Below, in pieces: positions 1 to 9,548 of a DNA stretch of 64,000 nucleotides. The position numbers and the translations under genes are program-made. The notes below the pieces were generated by a model. The model ran no database searches. It was not told the origin of the DNA and saw only the letters and a program-made list of their open reading frames with translations. The stretch's first letter is position 1; every line of letters starts with the position of its first letter. Source of the stretch: a virus; UHGV virus genome UHGV-0010228; one strand, given 5' to 3'.

Positions 1-329
1 TCCTTATGAGATTCTCTATATAAAGCATTAACTATTTCATGACATATTGCAATTATATCTGGAATTTTAGTACTTCTTCTAATAAAAGCTAATGGACCTT
101 TGAATTTATATTTTCTTCCAGATCTAACTGCATATATATCGCTATAACTATAATAAATATTGATATGTGATCCAAATATTACAGCTTTTACTTCTTTAAT
201 ATTTGGATCTAATATTCCTTTATTAGCATAAGGAAATGTTTCCTCATATAATAATCGCTTTTCAATATTACAATCTTCAGGATAGTATCGTAAAGCATTT
301 TCATAAATAGTTTCTTTTTCAAACATCAT
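1..329 (-). CDS. hypothetical protein, partial (continues past window start)
   Basis: Minus-strand open frame with no stop from ATGATG at 329..324 to position 1; AAAGGAGAAG RBS 5 nt upstream; absent from ORF track because incomplete. Confidence 0.45.
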   Translation of the reverse strand, partial: MMFEKETIYENALRYYPEDCNIEKRLLYEETFPYANKGILDPNIKEVKAVIFGSHINIYYSYSDIYAVRSGRKYKFKGPLAFIRRSTKIPDIIAICHEIVNALYRESHK

Positions 330-438
330 AGTTTCTTCTCCTTTACTATTATAACTGTATTTATTCATAATAATAATATATCTACATAACTCATTTAGAT
401 AATTGAACTTTATAATAAATTATTCCTAAGCAAAGGAG

Positions 439-1779
439 GTGAAATATATGGGACATATGATGAGTGTTGAAAAATCAAAATTTATCAATGATAATATTTC
501 AATCTATACTAAAAATAAAATAGGTCAATATAGTAAATTCTTAGAAAAGAATCCTATATTTGTAACATATTATCATCTAAATCAAGCTATGACAAGGTCA
601 GATGTTGGTACTGGTGGTATTGAGAAGGATATAGGAGATAGATCTCCATTAAGATTTAATAAGATCTTAGATTTTCCTTTATATAATATACCAGAATTAA
701 AACCTGATTTAGTATATGATGAAACCGGATATGATATAGATTTAGATATGAGTGATATAGTTTTATTACCAAATACAATAAAACCATCACCATCTGATTA
801 TGTATTAATAAAATTCCCAGGGATTAAAACTTATTTATTTAGAGTTAATTCAGTCGGATATAATACCGTTCAGTCTAATGATTTCTATACTATATCTATG
901 GATGTTAGATATATTGGTACTGATGTTGATGTTGCTAATATTGATAAACAAGTTGTAGAAACTTATCAGACAATATTCGAGAATATTGGTACTCAGGATA
1001 AATGTTTTATCAAATCAACAGATATTGACATAGTCAATAGTATAGTAGATCTGTTTTATACAATGAGACAGTTTTATATGGATATGTTTTATAAACAGGA
1101 TTGTAATTCGTTTGTATATACATCTACACAAGGTACTCCATGTGGAGAAACTTTAACTATATATGACCCATATTTGGAAGCATTTATTAATAAATCAAAT
1201 ATTTTCTTTGATGAAAATTCTGAATATGCTCTCGTATTAACGCCTAATGATATATTAGATGTATGCTTTAATGATACCTTTAATCGTAGTGTGTATAATG
1301 CAGTATTAAAGCATTCCACATTACAATTATCAAGGTATCAATATTATTATACATCAGCAGTTCAAAAATCTGCGTCTCCATTTAATCTATTAGGATATAA
1401 AACAAATTCAGTAAAGGTATTTACTAGTAAAATTGATTTGCGTAAATATGGAAATGATGGTAATGAACCATTGTGGGTAGACCTAAATCCAATACCAGGA
1501 TGGAAAGATACATGGACAGCTGGTGCTGATAATGCATATTTCTCTCTTGATTTTTTAGGTTGGCTTAAGGATGGGGATTGTATGCCATCAGATTATTTCC
1601 AGAGATTTATATATAATTATATGTATGATATTAAATTCCCAATATCTAAACGTGAATTATATGAAGAATCTGATAAAGATTTACAAAGATCATATAAGTA
1701 TTTACCGATAATATTGTATATACTAACACAGTTATATAATGAATATTTTCATAATGGCAAAGCTCTCGACTTACCATAA
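439..1779 (+). CDS. hypothetical protein (446 aa) in packaging/structural module
   Basis: Long ORF; AGGAGGTGA RBS 7 nt before ATG; no recognisable motif. Confidence 0.6.
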   Translation: MKYMGHMMSVEKSKFINDNISIYTKNKIGQYSKFLEKNPIFVTYYHLNQAMTRSDVGTGGIEKDIGDRSPLRFNKILDFPLYNIPELKPDLVYDETGYDIDLDMSDIVLLPNTIKPSPSDYVLIKFPGIKTYLFRVNSVGYNTVQSNDFYTISMDVRYIGTDVDVANIDKQVVETYQTIFENIGTQDKCFIKSTDIDIVNSIVDLFYTMRQFYMDMFYKQDCNSFVYTSTQGTPCGETLTIYDPYLEAFINKSNIFFDENSEYALVLTPNDILDVCFNDTFNRSVYNAVLKHSTLQLSRYQYYYTSAVQKSASPFNLLGYKTNSVKVFTSKIDLRKYGNDGNEPLWVDLNPIPGWKDTWTAGADNAYFSLDFLGWLKDGDCMPSDYFQRFIYNYMYDIKFPISKRELYEESDKDLQRSYKYLPIILYILTQLYNEYFHNGKALDLP

Positions 1780-1805
1780 TACCTTTAAGAAGGGAGAAAT
1801 TAACA

Positions 1806-2693
1806 ATGTTAGAAAATTTAGATGAAGCTTTAAGAAATCCATTATATGAATCTCTGATCGAATTTGATGAACCAGAAGACGAAATGGATTATGCTGAAGA
1901 ATCAAAAAAGGTAGACATTAATTCATTAACACTGGATGATTCAGATATTGATGAGCTTTTAAATGACGATGATGACGATGACGATGAACCAGATTTAGAA
2001 TCTGCAGAAGTTATTGAGGACGAATTCGATGAAGCTTTAGAATCAGTATTATATGATGATTTATCATCAGGTGATGAAAGTACTGATGATATTGTAGACG
2101 CACTCGAATCTATCTATGAAGAAACTGAAGAAGAAATCGAATCGGCATTAGAAAGCCTGGAAGGGGAATTTGATGATGATTTAGATTCAGCATTAGAATT
2201 CCAAGATACTAAATCAGAACTTGCTCGTAAAGCACTGATAGCTGTCAACCCTACTACTATGCCGGGTTATGCTATTAATCGTGGATTCCGTGTTGCTCAT
2301 ATTCGAAAGAGATTGCCTATAATTAATAAAGCGGATGATGTGATGGATGAAGCAAAAAAAATAAGCAAATCAGACCCTCAGGGTGCAATTGAAAAGATGA
2401 AATCTGCACAAAAAATGTACGAAAGAGCTCTCCAACAGGCATTATCTGCAAGATGGTGTAATTCGACAGTTGAATCATATCTTAAAAATAAAATTGATAG
2501 ATGTAGAGCTTACATCTTAAAATTTGATGGCGATGGACGAAGCATCCTTGAAATAATGAAATCTTTTGCTAAAGAACGTAGAAAATCAGTCAAGGATGCT
2601 AGAAAAAGATTGAAGAGCGGTGAGGATTTAGGAGCTGAAGAATCCTGGGTTGATTTTGAAGATGACTTTGATTTTGATATTGACGAAATTTAA
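1806..2693 (+). CDS. highly acidic protein (Asp/Glu-rich N-terminal half, DDDDDDDEPD)
   Basis: ORF with AAGGGAG RBS; extreme acidic composition in first ~130 aa, basic/helical C-terminal half. Confidence 0.6.
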   Translation: MLENLDEALRNPLYESLIEFDEPEDEMDYAEESKKVDINSLTLDDSDIDELLNDDDDDDDEPDLESAEVIEDEFDEALESVLYDDLSSGDESTDDIVDALESIYEETEEEIESALESLEGEFDDDLDSALEFQDTKSELARKALIAVNPTTMPGYAINRGFRVAHIRKRLPIINKADDVMDEAKKISKSDPQGAIEKMKSAQKMYERALQQALSARWCNSTVESYLKNKIDRCRAYILKFDGDGRSILEIMKSFAKERRKSVKDARKRLKSGEDLGAEESWVDFEDDFDFDIDEI

Positions 2694-2707
2694 GGAGGAA
2701 TATAATT

Positions 2708-3415
2708 ATGGCTAACATATCATTATATGATGATTATGATTATGCTACTGAAGGTATTTTCAGACCTTCAAAGGCAAATCGTGAAAAAGTTTCTAAGATG
2801 GAACTTAAAGAAATGCTTAGCATTTATATTAGAAAGAAGCAGAAACATGACCCTGGCTTCTTTGACAAGAGTGCCTCAAAGTTAAAAGCTGCAGCTAAAG
2901 AGATGAATGAAAGATATAGTGATGAATCTGATAGTGAAGGTGAGTCAGTACAGTTCATTGCTGTAGATGGAATTCCATTTGCTGTAATACTTAAGGATAA
3001 TAATCCAACAAGCATTATGTTTATGAGAGCTGGTAGTGTATCTAGAGGTAAGCTCGCAAAGCTTTCAGTGAACTCACTCAAGTCTGTTACTAGAGGTGCT
3101 GCTAGACAGTTAGATAGTGAAGATAAAGCTGCAAAGAAAGCTGCTAAGAATGCACCTGCAGAAGGCGGTGAAGCACCTGCTGGTGAATCACTCACTGATT
3201 TTGACTTCGATGAAGAAGACATTGAAGCAATGGAAGGTGTTATTAAGTGGCTGAAGGAAAAGCGTGCTAATCGTAAGGCTAAGAAAGCCGCTAAAAAGGC
3301 TGCGAAGGATACTGAAGATGAAGGTGAAAGTGTTGATGATGTTGATGAGTGTGTAGAATCACTTGAAAATATCCTCCTTGAGTCATATATTGATGGTGAT
3401 ATAGACTTATTTTAA
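2708..3415 (+). CDS. hypothetical Lys/Ala-rich DNA-binding-like protein (possible small terminase by position only)
   Basis: AAGGAGG RBS; AKKAAKKAAK histone-H1-like tails; immediately upstream of terL; hairpin terminator follows. Confidence 0.55.
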   Translation: MANISLYDDYDYATEGIFRPSKANREKVSKMELKEMLSIYIRKKQKHDPGFFDKSASKLKAAAKEMNERYSDESDSEGESVQFIAVDGIPFAVILKDNNPTSIMFMRAGSVSRGKLAKLSVNSLKSVTRGAARQLDSEDKAAKKAAKNAPAEGGEAPAGESLTDFDFDEEDIEAMEGVIKWLKEKRANRKAKKAAKKAAKDTEDEGESVDDVDECVESLENILLESYIDGDIDLF

Positions 3416-3432
3416 ACTTTTTAATAAGAACT

Positions 3433-3475
3433 TTACCGTAAATGGTAAAGTTCTTATTATTTTATAATAAGGAGG
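3433..3475 (+). terminator. hairpin terminator after 2708-3415
   Basis: aataagaactttacc gtaaat ggtaaagttcttatt + attttat. Confidence 0.6.
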
Positions 3476-3485
3476 TTTTTGAATC

Positions 3486-5807
3486 ATGGCAAGGATTACA
3501 AATTTAGATGAACAACCAAGAATATACGATGATTCTAAGGTTGATATTAATAATTTATACATAGATGATTCTACAATGCCTAAAGAATTTGAAGATAATA
3601 TAGTACAACTTCAAAATGCTGCAGCATCTTCATTAAAACAGCGAAAACCAATATACAATTTTAAGACTAAAAATAAATCATTTTTAAATCTTTATAATGA
3701 TTTATATAATATGGGTATTAAAAATAATAAATTCTTTTTAAAATTATATGATAAAGACTTATTAACCATAGACCCATATTCTCCAATATTACCTAAAGAC
3801 TTACAGTTGAAGATAATATTAGAATGCTTTATTAATCCATGGTATTATTTAAGAGAAATCGCAAGGATACCAGTAACAGGTTTGCCGATTGAACCTGGTG
3901 GTGGTGTACCGTTTAAAGCTGATAGAGGAAATATTGCATCATGGTATTTATTTCTGAACGGAATAGATCAGTACAATAGTAAGCCGAGACAGCAAGGTAA
4001 AACTCAGAATGCGCTATGTGAATTCTTATATGCATTTCAATTCGGTACTTTATCAACTCAAATGCTATTCTTTAATAAGGATCAACCACAGGCAGCCGAA
4101 AATTTAGCTAGAGCTAAGGATCAGAGAGATTTATTACCATCATGGATGCAAATGAGAACGTTTATTGATGAAAATGGTAAAGCTGATAATGGTAAAGATA
4201 ATGTTCGATCATGGAAGAGTCCAATTACAAATAACGAAATTAAGGTAATGGGTAAAGCAACTTCAATGATGGCTGCACAAAAGATGGGAAGAGGTGCAAC
4301 TGCCCCATTACAATTTTATGATGAAACTGACTTTACTCCATATCTTGATGAAATTTTAGGTTCAGCATCACTAGCATATTCGAAAGCAGCTGAAGTTGCA
4401 GCTAGTAATAAATCACTATATGGTAGATTATTCTGTTCTACACCTGGTGACTTGGATACTAAAGAAGGTGCTTGGGCATCTGAATGGATAGGTAGAATGT
4501 TTGTTTGGAAAGATGAATACTATGATAGACCAATAAATCAGATAAAGGCAACACTTTCAAGAACCGATAATAATGGTATCGTATTTGTAGAACATAATTG
4601 GAGGCAATTAAAATTAACGAATGCATGGTATGAAAAACAGTGTAAATTACTTGATTATAATGAACTTCGCATCATGCGTGAAATTGATCTTAAGCGCGTA
4701 CATGGATCAAATCAGTCACCATTCAAAAGATCCGATATTATATATCTGACTAAGCATCAAAAGAATCCTATAAAAACATTAGATCTACAAAAGAATTTCT
4801 TATACTTTAATATATATGAGAATTTTAAACCAAATATACCATATATATTAGTAGTTGACCCATCTGAAGGTCTTATGGAAGATAATAATGCAGTTACAAT
4901 CATTAATCCATATTCACAAAAACCAATATGTGAATTTAAATGTAATTATATTTCACAAAAGAAGATGTATGAGTTATTATGTGCATTAATGGATCAGTAT
5001 TGTCCTAGATCTATGATCGTTATAGAAAATAATAAGGGTCGAGAATTAATAAACTACTTCCTAGACTCAAGATATAAATATAATTTATATTATGATGATA
5101 GTAAGTTACTTAGTAATATAACTGAAAAAGTTGATAAATATGGTTCATTAGTACAAGAAGCAAATCAACGAAGAGCATATGGATTATCAACTACTAGATC
5201 TAATAGACCAAAATATTTTGCAATATTAGAAAATGTAGTTGAAGAGAGAAAAGAACTAATCTATACAGAATATTTAGTAGATGATGTTTGTGGATTGATT
5301 AGAAAGCCTAGTGGAAAGGTAGAAGCAGGACCAGGTAAGCATGATGATAATATAATGTCATATCTTATGGGATTATATATCTATTATAATGCCCCAGATG
5401 ATTTATTGGAACGCTATGGTATTATCAGAGGTGCATCTGATCCTAATATATATGATAATGATGGTAAAGAATTGACCGAGGAAGAGTCTGTCAGACAGTT
5501 AAAGATGTTAGCACAGACGCAGGCTTTACCACCTGAATTACAGCAGATTCTTAATGATACATTAACACAAAGAAATGAAGTTGATGATAGCTGGGATTAT
5601 TATAAACAAATAGAAGATGCAAAAAAGAATTATAATCAATTACCATCAGAAATGAATGCATATGATAGATTGGCATCACAGAATATAATTCAATCCGGAA
5701 GTCCATTAGATGACACATATTGGGCAAATTTTGATAATGATATAATTAAATCTAACTTTGAAAGATATGATCATTCGCAATTTGATATTAATGATTATAT
5801 CGATTAA
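3486..5807 (+). CDS. terL: terminase large subunit (T4 gp17-like ATPase + nuclease)
   Basis: Walker A SKPRQQGKTQ (cf. T4 SRQLGKT), Walker B QFYDETDF, C-terminal ILVVDPSEG RNase-H-like nuclease segment; AAGGAGG RBS. Confidence 0.85.
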   Translation: MARITNLDEQPRIYDDSKVDINNLYIDDSTMPKEFEDNIVQLQNAAASSLKQRKPIYNFKTKNKSFLNLYNDLYNMGIKNNKFFLKLYDKDLLTIDPYSPILPKDLQLKIILECFINPWYYLREIARIPVTGLPIEPGGGVPFKADRGNIASWYLFLNGIDQYNSKPRQQGKTQNALCEFLYAFQFGTLSTQMLFFNKDQPQAAENLARAKDQRDLLPSWMQMRTFIDENGKADNGKDNVRSWKSPITNNEIKVMGKATSMMAAQKMGRGATAPLQFYDETDFTPYLDEILGSASLAYSKAAEVAASNKSLYGRLFCSTPGDLDTKEGAWASEWIGRMFVWKDEYYDRPINQIKATLSRTDNNGIVFVEHNWRQLKLTNAWYEKQCKLLDYNELRIMREIDLKRVHGSNQSPFKRSDIIYLTKHQKNPIKTLDLQKNFLYFNIYENFKPNIPYILVVDPSEGLMEDNNAVTIINPYSQKPICEFKCNYISQKKMYELLCALMDQYCPRSMIVIENNKGRELINYFLDSRYKYNLYYDDSKLLSNITEKVDKYGSLVQEANQRRAYGLSTTRSNRPKYFAILENVVEERKELIYTEYLVDDVCGLIRKPSGKVEAGPGKHDDNIMSYLMGLYIYYNAPDDLLERYGIIRGASDPNIYDNDGKELTEEESVRQLKMLAQTQALPPELQQILNDTLTQRNEVDDSWDYYKQIEDAKKNYNQLPSEMNAYDRLASQNIIQSGSPLDDTYWANFDNDIIKSNFERYDHSQFDINDYID

Positions 5808-5907
5808 TAAATTTAATATACAGAAATATGCTATAAATGTATATTTCTGTATATTAACCATTACAATTCTTTAATATGAATTTTAATAGAAAGCGAGATT
5901 CATTGTT

Positions 5908-6684
5908 ATGAGCGTATATAAATTAGAAACGGTCGCCGAAATTATGCAGTCATTAGACGTCGGCGAAACAATTCAAATGATTAAATCTCAGATAGAAAAT
6001 CCTGACGATGATTATATCACTCCAGTTATTGATATCTTCCAACCAGTCTATAATAATTATAAAGATTTATTAGATATAACAGAAACTGAAGATCCTGAGG
6101 ATATTTCAATAGCAAAAGATAATTTCTTTATGATCTGTCGCAATATCATAGATGCTATATGTGAAAAGTATGATATGTCGATAGATGATGATTATTTAGA
6201 TGATAATAGAGAAAAGTTAGTTGGTATAACATTAGGGTTATACTCATTTATGATTAAGGATTTTTATGCTGTAACTTATGAAATTATTAAAAATTATTTT
6301 GTGGAAAATATGGTAGCATTATATGATGTATTCAAAGGAATATCCATGGGTAAAGATGCTGTATCATCTTCAAATATGAAAAGATATTCCTTAGCAATGG
6401 CAACTTTAATGACTAACATATATGATATTGCAGATTATATATTTACAATGATCGATCAGGTTAATGTATTTGATTATATAGATCCTGGTTATATACCATT
6501 GGTAATTATAAGGAATTTATATAATAAAGGTGTATTATCTGGTAATTTTGTAAGAGTATTTGCAGATATATTCAAAGATAATATTCCATTAAGATCTAAA
6601 ATTTGTTTCGAAATATTATACCAGATAAAGAATGAAACAATTGAAGATATATTTAAAAGACTTCCAGTTGATAAGGAGAATTAA
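5908..6684 (+). CDS. hypothetical protein (258 aa)
   Basis: ORF in same-strand gene train; weak RBS. Confidence 0.5.
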   Translation: MSVYKLETVAEIMQSLDVGETIQMIKSQIENPDDDYITPVIDIFQPVYNNYKDLLDITETEDPEDISIAKDNFFMICRNIIDAICEKYDMSIDDDYLDDNREKLVGITLGLYSFMIKDFYAVTYEIIKNYFVENMVALYDVFKGISMGKDAVSSSNMKRYSLAMATLMTNIYDIADYIFTMIDQVNVFDYIDPGYIPLVIIRNLYNKGVLSGNFVRVFADIFKDNIPLRSKICFEILYQIKNETIEDIFKRLPVDKEN

Positions 6685-6687
6685 ATC

Positions 6688-7590
6688 ATGGATGAAAAGA
6701 CTAAATTAAATGAACTCGATACAATTATAGGAGATACAAAAGAAATAAATGTCACTGAAGATTTAGATAAAGATCTTCAGGAATTGTTAGATTCTATTGA
6801 TAGTATGCCATATATTGAAATTGGTGGACTTAAACAGAGAACTGAAAATGATGTAATTCAATTACAGAATGTAAAGCAGTTTGTTGATACTGTAAAAGAA
6901 ATTGACGATCCGACAACAAGAAAGATTGCTGAAGCTAATATTCTTGATAACGTTAAGCTTCAGACAGAAATTAATGATTTCAATACATCGTATGAAGAAG
7001 ATATGAAGAAGTTTGGAATTATCATTGATAAGTGTACTGCTAAATTAAACGAGATTCCTGAAGAAGAAAGAAATAAGACATCATTCTTATCTAATTCAAT
7101 GGTGGAATCATTAAAGTATCGTATTGATAAAATTGATCCTAATAATCTCAATTATGATTATATAGTTAAGAAGTACAATGAAGTTATTCATGCGTTTGAA
7201 TACCGCATGGACCATACATATTTAATAGATAGAGCTAAATCATTTATGAGTAATAAGAAGAATCTCAAAATGATTAAGAAGTATTTATCTGATAACGGAT
7301 ATGCTAAGAAGGTAATGAAACCATTATCTGTAACAATTAGAATTGAAATTGTAAAAGATGCAATGGAAGAGTTATTGGATATAACAGGTAGTGAAAAAAG
7401 TACGATCTTATTCATTATATTCCTTTCTAAAATTATGGAGAAGGAAAAAAGAAGTGGCAAGGATTCATATGTAAAAGTAATGATCTTAAATCTTGCGGAT
7501 TTACATAATAAAGTATTTGATTTATCAGATCCTGATTACTATAGAGAGTACTTAAAGTCAACTCTTCTCCCAATATTTAAAATTGATTAA
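6688..7590 (+). CDS. hypothetical helical acidic protein (scaffold-like by composition/position)
   Basis: AAGGAGAA RBS; start 4 nt after previous stop; coiled-coil-like Glu/Lys-rich composition. Confidence 0.55.
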   Translation: MDEKTKLNELDTIIGDTKEINVTEDLDKDLQELLDSIDSMPYIEIGGLKQRTENDVIQLQNVKQFVDTVKEIDDPTTRKIAEANILDNVKLQTEINDFNTSYEEDMKKFGIIIDKCTAKLNEIPEEERNKTSFLSNSMVESLKYRIDKIDPNNLNYDYIVKKYNEVIHAFEYRMDHTYLIDRAKSFMSNKKNLKMIKKYLSDNGYAKKVMKPLSVTIRIEIVKDAMEELLDITGSEKSTILFIIFLSKIMEKEKRSGKDSYVKVMILNLADLHNKVFDLSDPDYYREYLKSTLLPIFKID

Positions 7591-7653
7591 AAATATATAT
7601 TATTTATATGAATCAAATATCACAATATATTTATAATAAAGGAGGAGAATAAA

Positions 7654-8133
7654 ATGAAATTTGATTTTGAAAATTACATCGTTATATCTAAGGGATCATC
7701 ACTTGATGATTATAAGACTAAAAATGGATATGAATACACTGTTGAAGGTGCAAAGATATATCCACTTGAAACTGCTCTTCCAATAATCATTCAGGGTTCT
7801 GGTTGTGTTGGTGTTGGTTGGATAACTAGATATATAGTTACAACAACATCTACTACAATTAGCTTTGATAAATTAATCTTCAATAAGCCTGAAGTTTTAG
7901 AAGCATACTATAATTTATATAAAGCAGTAGCATCTAATGATGAAAATTCAGAAGATGTTATAATTCCAGGACTTAAGAAGAAAAAGGAGCGCGCTCCAAA
8001 GAATAAGTTCAGAGTAGATAATGATAGTTATTCTAGATCTTCCAATAAGAAATTTATAGATTCACTTGATGATATTGATGATGATGATAGTGATGATGTT
8101 TCATCTTTCTTTAGAAATCTGAGAGACTTTTAA
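7654..8133 (+). CDS. hypothetical protein with poly-Asp C-terminus
   Basis: AAAGGAGGAG RBS; followed by 10-bp-stem hairpin 8164-8193. Confidence 0.6.
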   Translation: MKFDFENYIVISKGSSLDDYKTKNGYEYTVEGAKIYPLETALPIIIQGSGCVGVGWITRYIVTTTSTTISFDKLIFNKPEVLEAYYNLYKAVASNDENSEDVIIPGLKKKKERAPKNKFRVDNDSYSRSSNKKFIDSLDDIDDDDSDDVSSFFRNLRDF

Positions 8134-8213
8134 AGAATTTCTTATTGAATAATAAAACAAATTCCCCTCAAGGCATATTAGCACCTTGAGGGGATTTAAT
8201 AAAGGAGAAAATA

Positions 8214-8654
8214 ATGATAGGTGATAATTATAATATTCAGTGGAATATTAAACAGCAAGAAGTTGAAAATTTCTTTAATTCAAAAATGATTGCTAGACCT
8301 AATACATATTCTTCATATGAAGAATATGAAAATGAATTAAATAAATTCAGGAAGATATTATCTACTTACGATAAGGAATATATAGATATTGGAGTAGATA
8401 AGAAAATTAATGGGTTAATTATATATCCCGATTTATCAAGACCTTCTAAGTGTCATAGAACATATATAGATATTGAGAACCCATTTAAAGTTGGTTCTCG
8501 TATTTCAGATAAGGTTGGAATAATAAGAATAATGACTTTAAATACACGGGACATGATAATCGGAAATGAATATTATGAAGAGAATTTATATTTATCTTAT
8601 AATTTAAATAAGAATGAAATATACACATCAATATATGCTGATATGAAATTATAA
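8214..8654 (+). CDS. hypothetical protein (146 aa)
   Basis: AAAGGAGAA RBS; followed by GC hairpin plus T-run terminator. Confidence 0.6.
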   Translation: MIGDNYNIQWNIKQQEVENFFNSKMIARPNTYSSYEEYENELNKFRKILSTYDKEYIDIGVDKKINGLIIYPDLSRPSKCHRTYIDIENPFKVGSRISDKVGIIRIMTLNTRDMIIGNEYYEENLYLSYNLNKNEIYTSIYADMKL

Positions 8655-8662
8655 ATAACTTT

Positions 8663-8700
8663 GGGTGATGGAATGATCACCCTTTATTTTTTTATTTTTT
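8663..8700 (+). terminator. rho-independent terminator
   Basis: gggtgat ggaatg atcaccc followed by tttatttttttatttttt. Confidence 0.75.
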
Positions 8701-8726
8701 AACAGCTATGTAAAGGAGGTGAGGTC

Positions 8727-9461
8727 ATGAATTTTTTAATATCAGATGATAAGTATGTATATATAAATACAGAGAGAGCTGAAGCTTATATTCCTGAATC
8801 ATTATTTGGTAATATTGAAGAAAAACCATCTTCAATATGCTATGAATATGGTGAAGGATTTATGACTCTTGGTGTATTTTATATTGCATTCTTTGATGAG
8901 AGCGGAAAAAGAACCCTAAAAACTCTAACATATCCAAATGTATTTGAAACTCGACCATCTTCAAATAGATCTGCATCTTTAGAAATTGATGGAATAATAG
9001 ATAAATATAGAATTCTTGAATATGAAAAAGGTGATATGTTAATGCCATTACAGAATAAACGATCAGCTGATAATTGTGAAACTTTTATGAGATTGATAAC
9101 TAGTGGAAAAATACCATCAGCATTAGCATATGATGAAATATTTGAAGTGTGGCTTAGAAATTTCCAAATAAATGACTTAAGTCCTGATGTACCTTCTGTC
9201 ATATTACAGACAATTATATCAACAATGTGTAGATCTAAAAAAGATCCTAATATTGAATATAGACAGATCGCTGGAAGAAATCCAAATTATGATAAGCATG
9301 GATATAGATCGATGAATATGAATGCTATTTCTGCAAATTCATCTATAATGTCAGCATTATCTTTTGAAAGATTTGGTGAAAAATTAGCAACGTCGATCAA
9401 TATGACTAAAGAAGGAACAAAACAGAAAATTTCACCTGTTGAAAAAGTCCTTACTATGTAA
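8727..9461 (+). CDS. hypothetical protein (244 aa)
   Basis: AAAGGAGGTGAGG RBS. Confidence 0.6.
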   Translation: MNFLISDDKYVYINTERAEAYIPESLFGNIEEKPSSICYEYGEGFMTLGVFYIAFFDESGKRTLKTLTYPNVFETRPSSNRSASLEIDGIIDKYRILEYEKGDMLMPLQNKRSADNCETFMRLITSGKIPSALAYDEIFEVWLRNFQINDLSPDVPSVILQTIISTMCRSKKDPNIEYRQIAGRNPNYDKHGYRSMNMNAISANSSIMSALSFERFGEKLATSINMTKEGTKQKISPVEKVLTM

Positions 9462-9548
9462 TGTAAGGACGTTCTTGTGTGGAATAACAAGTAATTAAAT
9501 TAAAATAAAGCTTATATTTAATTTAAAATATAAAAGGAGGTATAAAAT

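Noticed and set aside
1089-1319. Other short overlapping ORFs inside longer genes (for example 1089-1319, 2824-3222, 6960-7151, 7188-7460, 8860-9202, 10298-10513, 17361-17639, 19915-20175, 26714-27170, 29042-29443, 44070-44693, 60236-61352)
   Set aside because: Embedded in or antisense to much longer RBS-led ORFs, with no RBS and low-complexity composition. Treated as frame noise.
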